Shown in pieces: positions 56,117 through 64,000 of a stretch of 64,000 nt of DNA. The notes under the pieces are model-generated. The model did no database searches and was not told the DNA's origin. It saw nothing but the letters and a program-made list of their open reading frames with translations. The stretch is from NCBI RefSeq assembly GCF_000281045.1, contig NW_008246110.1, forward strand, positions 246,049-310,048, read 5' to 3'. The first letter of the stretch is position 1. The number at the start of each line of letters is the position of its first letter. The DNA comes from Saprolegnia diclina VS20 (taxonomy: Eukaryota). The position numbers were made by a program, and so were the translations under genes.

Positions 56117-59100
56117 ATGACGCAGGACGTTCGGATCACCGTGCTCTTCGAGGGCCGTGAGTGCGTACCTATGGCTTCGCTAGCGTGGCCTCATGACCTC
56201 CTGCAGGTACTTGCTCGAGGCAGACCCGGCCGAGTCGGCCGAGACCGTAGCCTTCCAGCTCCACTCGCTCTGCGACGTCGCCGACAACGACCAGGTCCTC
56301 CTGACGTACGACGGGCGGCTCGTGTCGCCCGAAGACGGCGTGGCCGCTATCACCCAGTCGATGCATCTTCTCCTCCTGTTTCGGCGCAGCGCAGCGAGCG
56401 GCGGCTTTGAACCAACGCGTGATACCGACTGGCAAGAGACGTGTTCGCAGGTCGTGGCTCCATCGACGCCGCTCGTGCAGCCCGCGTACACGCGACAGGA
56501 TGGCGCCATGCTCTGCAGCGTATGCGCGACCACGTGCTCGCCTCCCGGTACGAACAAACACCGCGGTATCTTCTGCATCTTACCGTCTTCTGCAGCCCAC
56601 CTCGTGACGCCCATTCTCAATGACGTGGCAACACGCAACGTCGTCCGCGGGTCCTTTGTCACGGAGCTGGCGGTGGTCATCGGGGCCATCGATGTCTTGC
56701 CGCCGACGGGCTTTACAAAGCTGCCGATGGACCTCAACCACGGGACGCCCGGCCCCTTTGCCTTTCTCTGCGTTCGCAAAGGTACGTGGTTCGATGATCC
56801 TCAGGCTGCACCCACACGCACCGTTGTAGGCGGGAAACAAGCGCCCATCGCACACGTCCAGGTCGCGTCAGGTTCGACGGTGCCGCCCGGGTACACGTTG
56901 CTGCATGTGACGGCGACGACGTCGATCTGCTACCGCCGGGCGCCGCCATCGCTCTTCCGGTCGCTCGTCGGCTTTGGCATCCGCGACGTCTCTGTCGGCA
57001 AGGACCACGCGTCGTCCATGGTCGCTTGCCGCACGGCGCTCACCTCATCGGGTGATTGGACGCTCGCGTACGATCTCGCGCCGTTCGCTGGGACGATCTG
57101 CGGGTCGGTGGTCCTCGACCACTCTGAGTACTAAAGCACATCCCTAGATCCCACGGCGACTGTTTGTTTGCCGAGCGTATCGTCAACAGCACCCCAGGCT
57201 CGTTCACAGCCCTCTCGGGCGCCCAAGTTGAAGCGAGTGCTGCGCTGGAGGCCACGCTTCGAACCCAGTGGGCCGCCGCCCAAGCGACAGCATTTATGGC
57301 GTCCGAGGCGTCGCTCCGCAGTACGCTCGAGCACCAGAGCCAGCGCGTGCGCATTTACGAGCGCAAGGACAAGCAGGCCCGCGCGCTGGCGGTCGTTCCA
57401 GTCGCGACGCTCGAGGCCCGGGCGCGCGCCAACACTAATAGTGTGCACAAGCGCTTTGAAGACGAAGTGCTGCACCAGCTCATCCACTGGTTCAAGCACG
57501 AGTTCTTTTCCTGGATGAACCAGCCGCCGTGCCAGGTGTGCGGCCAGGCGCCGACACAGCTCGTGCGCACGGACGGCCCGACGACTCCGGAGGAGGTACC
57601 CCTTGTCCTAGCAAGTGTAGCTGTAGCGAGAGCTTGCGTAGGTCGCGGGCGAAGCGAGTCGTGTTGAAGTGTACCAGTGCGCTAGCTGCCGCAGCTTGAC
57701 GCGCTTTCCGCGGTAGCTGCCGACACGAAAGAGAGGACCAAGAAAACATTATAAAAATGACTAGGTACAACGATCCGGTCAAGCTCTTGGAGACTCGCAC
57801 GGGTCGCTGCGGCGAGTGGGCCAACTGCTTTACGCTCTGCTGCCGCGCGATGGGCTACGAAGCGCGCTACGTCCTTGACTTTACCGACCACGTCTGGACC
57901 GAAGTGTACAGCCCGGAATACGGGGTACGTCCGTCGGCGCGTGCGACGGGAAATGGACCCAAGGGTGTAGCGCTGGTTGCACTGCGACCCGTGCGAAGAC
58001 CAACTCGACTGCCCGTTGACGTATGAAGTCGGCTGGGGAAAAGAGCTCCACTACATCTTTGCCTTCTCCATTGACCAAGTTGTCGACGTCATTCGGTAAC
58101 GTTGCATCTCTTATATGCTGTTCACGTCCTCGAGCAGGCGCTACACGACGACGTACGAAGGCGGCGTTTTGGACCGGCGTACGCAAGCCCGCGAAGACTG
58201 GCTCGCGGCAACGATCGTAGCTCTAAACCAGCGAGTGCAAGCGGCGCTGCCAAGTGCCCGGCGCGAGGTTCGATCCCCGACCAATGCCTGCCGGTCAATG
58301 TGGATACGGTAGACGCTGCGGCTCCGTGCATTGCACGAAGAGGCCGAGCTTGGTGCCGTCAAGCACGCCAAGGCGAGTGAGACCGAAGGGCGTGTGTCAG
58401 GCTCGACAGAGTGGAAGGAGTCGCGTCAGGAGAGCGGCAACAAGGCCGACGATATAGCGTCAACGACGACAACAGCCGAGATAATGTCGACGGTCGACGA
58501 GGTGCCACCGTCGCTTTGGCAGTCGTACGCTGCGGTGGTTGGAGACAAAAGTTCAGGGAAGTATTGTAGGCTGCTCGTGCAACTCGTCCACGGGTGCGCC
58601 AACGCCTTTTGTGTCAACCCCTTTTGCCTGCATGTGGCCAAGGAGGCGCCAGGTACTACCGTGATGGCGACGGCAACACCGTATCCAAGCGTCATAGGAT
58701 TTGATCTGTCGAGTTATGTGGCCTCGTCGCTGCAGCGCATTCCATCACTGCAAGCTGTCGTCACGTCCCGCCGCGCGTTTGACCAGCTCATCTGCCCGCC
58801 GACAGGTGCAATAGGTTCAACCCTCGTCGACCCTAACCGCAGTGTTAGACAAAAATCTTCGAAGCCAGCTGTGGGCGGCGTCGCCGATCGGGTACTGGCC
58901 GCTGCAGGACAGCAAGCACGTAGCCGTCGATATCTCGGGGCATGCTGCGCATCTCACGCACACTTGCGCTGCGGTCAACAAGCCCATCGCGACCAAAGTT
59001 AACAAGGCGACGACCGGCTACCAGCTGCTGCCGCGCGATACGTTGCGACTGACGGCAGACGTCGCGGCGCCGACGTGGAGTGTCGTCTTTCTTGTGCAGT

Positions 59101-60442
59101 GGCACGCGTACGCCGATACGCTGGTCGAGTTTTTGCATCTGCCCGAGCTCGACCTGCGCCTTGGTCTCACGGCCGACAAACGGTATTCCCATCTGCCGTC
59201 CCTTCCTTTATAAAGTAGTGTGCGCAGGCTCGCGCTGACGCTGGGGGCGACGACGACGCACAGCGCGTCACCGTTGGCCATGGACACGACGTACCACATG
59301 GCGCTTGTTGTCGACTCGTCGCGCGTCCGTGTCTTTGTGAATGCGGCCGAGGTCGTCTCGCTGACCGCGGGGCCACCTACCGCGTCGATCTCGCTACTGT
59401 TTGAGACGCAGGCGTTGGCGCATGTGCCCATTGTGAGTCATCTCGCGCTGCTGCCGACTGCGCTGGAGCCGTCGACGCTCGAGGTCTTGGCGCGCTTGTC
59501 GCTGCCCGGCGCCAAGTTGACCATGGCCGGTGTCAAAGGCGACACGGCTGACATCCAACAGCACGTGTGCACGCTTGATGCGGCGCAGATGGACTCGGGC
59601 TACGTGCTCTCGTCGCTCCACTGTACGGTGTTGATCGAGAGGTTCATGGAGATTGACTTTCGATTCTAGTGTGGTCGGGCACCTTCTTTGATGGCCTCCA
59701 GTGCGCGTACACGTCGGCCACTGGCGAGACAGTCGACGGACCCCAACACGTTGTCGCCGCTTCCAAGGACCAATCGCGATCCCATTCGCTGGCGCTTCTC
59801 CCAGGCGAAGTCATCGTGCACGTGTCGGGTCGCCGCGGCGCGTGGACGGACGCGCTGAGCGTCACCACCAACTTTGGTCGCACGCTCATTGGCGGCGGCC
59901 ATGGTGGCAGTCCGTTCGAGATGGACATTGCCCCGGGGCACGCAGTGCGCGCGTTTGGCTTTCATATTGACGACCACGTGTACAGTTCCGTGGTTTTCAC
60001 AGCGCCGTCGCCCCGCGGTGCGCACGCTGCTCGTACAGCCGCGTGAGTCTAACGCGGCGCGTAGGTCCAGTGTTTCAAGCCCTAGATGCGATCCGCGCCT
60101 CAGTGCCCTCGTCGATCCTGCGTACGGTGATCGCGGCAGGTACGCTATCGCTATTGCGCTGCTTCTTTGGCTCAAAAAGGTCTAGTGCGCCGGTACCTCG
60201 GGAACCTCGTTGCGACGCCAACCGAGCCAAAATTCCGCAAAATCAAGACCACAAACGCGTATTTTGCCAAAAATGTGGGGATCCTTGACGACGCGACGGT
60301 GCTCACGCTCTTTACGGGTGCTGATTTCGAGGCCGTGACCGAGGGCGACGACAAGTTTTGGGTCTTCCGCGGAAACCTCCACGCTGTCCACGCTGCCACG
60401 TACGACCTGACGACGTTCGCGGCGCTGCTCGCCGACAACTAG
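56117..60442 (+). CDS. PNG1: Peptide:N-glycanase (PNG1/NGLY1-type) with extended multidomain architecture, multi-exon
   Basis: Core motifs [65 protein letters not shown] and YEVGWGK, plus a C-terminal PUB domain ([21 protein letters not shown]). Continuity as a single gene is inferred from the intron pattern. Confidence 0.88.
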
Positions 60443-60540
60443 TTGGCTCTTTAGCTCGCTGTCATAGTGTTTTTGACTACAGCCAATATCAACTAACATT
60501 CTAAGCTTAGTTAGTCGTACATATCTGGTATTCGTGATTA

Positions 60541-61060
60541 TCACATGTCTTGCTGGGCCTTGGCTTGGGCAAAGAGTGCGTTTTGCGCCGCGAGAAGCTC
60601 GTCGCGGGACTCACCCTTGAAGAGATCCTTCCCGCGCTTCTCCGTTTTCTTCTTCTTCTTCAGCTCGGGCTTGGGCTAGCACAAACGCATGAAGGTACGA
60701 AGGTTGATGCGTGTTGGTCGTACAAGGGCGAGGGCCTTGGCCTTGAGGTCGGGGTAGGCGTCCATTGCTGCCAGTACGTGGTTGGGCTGGATGTAATACG
60801 CTTCTTTGGTCGCCTCTTTTTGCGCGAGCGCATTGGACGCCACGAGCAACGACCGCATGAGCTCTACGAGTCGCAAGGCGCTACAGGCGAGCTATGGTAT
60901 GGCGCGGTACCGGACGCCAACTGGGCCGTCATGTCGACGACCGCGGTCGGGAGCGGCTCCTCGTCGCCGACGCGCGTGCGCAGAAGTGCTTCGGTCACAG
61001 CTAGCACAGCGTGAGCTCCATTGTAAGCATGTAGCGCCTACTCATGGGCACCTTGGACAT
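60541..61060 (-). CDS. Histone-fold protein resembling NC2-beta/Dr1 (divergent), 4 exons
   Basis: Spliced reading gives MSKVPMTVTEALLR..VVDMTAQLASELMRSLLVASNALA..IQPNHVLAAM..ELLAAQNALFAQAK. The C-terminal helix parallels Dr1 ELLRQQQELFAKAR. Confidence 0.65.
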
Positions 61061-62158
61061 CGCGGCCAAGCTGGTGGTGTGGAATTTCGCGGCTGCAATG
61101 CCATTGGTTTATAATTGGCCAATGGCATCGCGCGACGCCGATCTTTGTCCATGAGTCCTCCCTATTCATCGGCGACGACCATTTCCTGGCTTGACGAAGG
61201 TAACTCTGTTGTGATCTCATGTCTGCATCATACGACGTCTGGTGGAGTCGCTTGGATGGGCTCTGAAAGATGACGAAATAGAGATTTGGTCCGTCGTGTG
61301 CCCGTTGGACGACAAACCGAGTACCACGAACTCCATTGCTGGCGTCTCACGCCTGTCGGAATACACATACTTGCTATCTTCCACGCCTCTCAGCTATTTG
61401 ATGAAACCACTAGGACGTGGTAAGCTTGCCATCTTTGCAGCCACTGCGTCGACTCTAGGTGGAGCTAAGGAGGCCAGCGGTCGCCTTCTGTCCCCACACA
61501 GCATCCGGTCGTGCACAGATGCGTGACGCTTGACGCGTCTACCACCATTACCACAAGCTAGCCCATAGAGAGGTACGTTGGAGTCGACAACAATCATTCT
61601 TGCGCGGCTGCCTGGCGACGTGTTGTCAATGACCTTTCCCATGCTGTCGGACGCGATACACTGGTCGCGCTGCTTGGTAGAGCCAACACGATGCGCATAC
61701 CGGTACTCACAGCCACAGGGTATGACACATGACAAGCGACGAGGACTAGGTTGTCGAGATAACAGTAGACGACTTGTGCTGGCCAGGCGGATCTGGCGCC
61801 GATTTGAAAATTTAAATTGCTCGGATTGGCCCGTGGGTGTGGTATACATTTGCTTAGATAATAAAATAAATTGCCGTTGTAGGCTGCATTATAATGGTGG
61901 TCACGGTGAATAAAATACATGGCTCGCAGCGCTCAATACAAGTCATGTCGGTATTGGCAGGTAATCAGTAGTTTTTAGGTGGTTGTTATCTGTTGTATGT
62001 CGTTCAACCCAGGCAGTATTAAAGAACCGCACCGGGTGTAAATACAAGCGCTGGAAATAAAACGCAAATCGAAACAGCACGCGAGAAGCGATTGCCGCGG
62101 CCGCGCTCGGACCTCTTCCTTGGACCTCCCATCCTCCGCGTCCGCTTCCTCGACGACC

Positions 62159-64000
62159 ATGAGCCAGCCATGCCTACGGAACATGAGCTGCAAATGCCCC
62201 CTCTGCGCAGGAGAAGACCTGTCCGAGCTCCTCGCGCTGACCAAGACCATCTCGAGCAACATCCAGTACGGCGACGGGGACGAGGGCGACGAGCCACCGC
62301 CGCCTGCCCGAGGTGGCTTCATGGCCAACTCGCCTCCGCCAGCGCCCCGAAAGACATTCGTCGCCAACTCTCCGCCTGTCCAGGCTGCGAAGCGCGCGGC
62401 CGCGGCGCCGAAAGTCCCGCCACTCGAGTTGAAGGCCGCCGAGACAGCGCCGCCGCCACGAGCATCTCCCACACCGAGCGACGAGCCGAGCCCGAGCCAG
62501 GCGCCGCGACAGACGAGCGACGAGCCTCCGTTGGCGTTCGAAGCGCTTGAAGCCAAGGTGGCCGACAAGAACTGGAAAGTCCGAAAAGAGGCCTACGACG
62601 ACATGAAGCTCGCGTTCGAGACGGGGCGAGGCGTCGACGGCGGCAACCCGATCGAGTTCTTTGGCAAGATGGTCGACGACTCGAACGCCGCTGCGATGGA
62701 AGCCGGTCTTGCTGCCGTGCTTGCGTACACAAAAGAGGCGACGCCGCAGCAGTGGAGCAACAGTGTCATTGCGCGGACCATGACCAAGGTCGTTGACAAG
62801 TGCTTTACGGGCCGACCCGGCACGGTCAAGCTCGCGGAGGAGCTCGTGCTCGAGTACATCCACCAAGGCGGCGGCGAAGATACGATTGCAGCGCTTATCG
62901 AAGGCACGAAGAACAAGAAGCCCAAGGCACCTCCGCTGTGCGTGAGCTTGATGCTCGAGGCGCTCAAGACGTTTGGCCCGCGCGTCGTGCCGGTCCCTCC
63001 GCTCAAGGCGGCGCTTCCCGCGCTCTGCGAGTCGACCGTCAACAACGTGCGTCCGACGGCGCTCAAGGTCATTTGCGAACTGTACCGTTGGACAGGCCCG
63101 CCATTGGTCCAAGACATTGTCAATGGTCTCCGTCCAGCGCAAAAAACAGAGTACGAAGAGCTCATCAAGGACATCACACCCGGCCAGGCCACGGTCACGC
63201 GGTACGTCAAGGGCAAGGAGCCCCGCGCGGCCCCCGCGCCGCGTGGAGCTCCTGGCCGTGCGGCGGCCGCCGCCCCCGTGGCTGCCACCATGGACCCGCG
63301 CGACTTTGCCGAGACGATCGACCTGCTCGCTAAGCTACCGAAAACCGAGTTCAAGGCCAAGCTCGCGTTGCCCAAGTGGAGCGAGAAGGTCGCGGCGCTG
63401 CAGATCATTCTCGACACGGTTGGGTCGGTGCCCAAGCTCGCTTATGGCGACTTTGGCGACCTCGTGCACACCCTCAAGCTCTGCATGCAAGACGCCAACG
63501 TCAACATCACGGCCAAGTCGATTGAGGTCCTTGGCGTGCTCGCCGACGGTGTCCGCAAGCCCTTCTCGCAGTACGCGCGTCTCATGCTGCCGCTGCTCCT
63601 CAAGAAGCTCTCGGACAAGAAGTCGCTGATCCTCAACGCGACGCACCAGACGCTCGACATGTTTCTGCAGCATGCCTTGCCGCTCGACGCGATGATGGAC
63701 GAGATCAAGCTCTCGGTCGACGGCGCGACCAACAAGATTCCCGCGGCGCGCGGCCAAACCATTGCTTTTTTGCAGCGCGCGATCGCGAAGAAGTGGGTCA
63801 ACGTGATGGACGCCGCGCTCATCAAGACGCTCGGCGAGCTCTTTGCGAGCGGCATTGACGACTCGGACCCGGGCCTGCGCAAGGCCGGCGTCGAGGCCAT
63901 GGTCACACTCGTCGAGTCGTCGGACAGCGCGAGCCGCATGGTCAAGGCGACGCTGGACGGGCTCGAGAAGCGCCAGCCGCGCAGCTACAGGACGATCGAG
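62159..64000 (+). CDS. XMAP215/CKAP5/MOR1-family TOG-domain microtubule polymerase (5' part; runs off the window)
   Basis: An open frame from ATG 62159 with no stop seen. TOG1: ADKNWKVRKEAY..VDDSNAAAMEAGL..KNKKPK..FGPRVVP..ELYRWTG. TOG2: KWSEKVAAL..DANVNI..LSDKK. Confidence 0.92.
   Translation, partial: MSQPCLRNMSCKCPLCAGEDLSELLALTKTISSNIQYGDGDEGDEPPPPARGGFMANSPPPAPRKTFVANSPPVQAAKRAAAAPKVPPLELKAAETAPPPRASPTPSDEPSPSQAPRQTSDEPPLAFEALEAKVADKNWKVRKEAYDDMKLAFETGRGVDGGNPIEFFGKMVDDSNAAAMEAGLAAVLAYTKEATPQQWSNSVIARTMTKVVDKCFTGRPGTVKLAEELVLEYIHQGGGEDTIAALIEGTKNKKPKAPPLCVSLMLEALKTFGPRVVPVPPLKAALPALCESTVNNVRPTALKVICELYRWTGPPLVQDIVNGLRPAQKTEYEELIKDITPGQATVTRYVKGKEPRAAPAPRGAPGRAAAAAPVAATMDPRDFAETIDLLAKLPKTEFKAKLALPKWSEKVAALQIILDTVGSVPKLAYGDFGDLVHTLKLCMQDANVNITAKSIEVLGVLADGVRKPFSQYARLMLPLLLKKLSDKKSLILNATHQTLDMFLQHALPLDAMMDEIKLSVDGATNKIPAARGQTIAFLQRAIAKKWVNVMDAALIKTLGELFASGIDDSDPGLRKAGVEAMVTLVESSDSASRMVKATLDGLEKRQPRSYRTIE

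Noticed and set aside
58267..58279. GGTTCGATCCCC tRNA-like motif
   Set aside because: It coincides with a probable intron donor in the PNGase gene, and there is no surrounding tRNA structure.
48497..64000. Kinesin-14 and XMAP215 as a microtubule gene cluster
   Set aside because: They are separated by 11 kb and three unrelated genes, with no evidence beyond proximity.

Overview
Gene-dense, GC-rich eukaryotic DNA with very short (about 37-60 nt) GT-AG introns and GCTCATTYY-type initiator motifs. This points to an oomycete, most likely Saprolegniales (inference). About 23 protein-coding genes can be read, with domains assigned by motif recognition only: a tandem two-repeat CNBD cation channel, eIF2-alpha, a GAF phosphodiesterase, a CAMK-group kinase, a giant IQ/ankyrin/TPR/WW scaffold, PP2A B56, two HSF-domain genes, a START-like/FYVE protein, TIP41, ethanolamine-phosphate cytidylyltransferase, a bacterial-type YjdM/PhnA zinc-ribbon protein, a thaumatin-like protein, a small membrane protein, an AAAP permease, a disintegrin-repeat surface protein, an ABCC transporter, kinesin-14, an LRR/IQ protein, a multidomain PNGase, an NC2-beta-like protein and the 5' part of XMAP215. 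There is also an alcohol dehydrogenase pseudogene. The most notable items are: (1) a PNGase apparently carrying UBL, Zn, MABP, AZUL, LamG, jacalin and PUB modules; (2) a membrane-anchored array of 64-aa disintegrin-like repeats with KGD/ECD loops; (3) an intron-containing YjdM with an apparent mitochondrial presequence; (4) an asymmetric tandem channel. No rRNA, convincing tRNA, CRISPR array or intact mobile element was seen.
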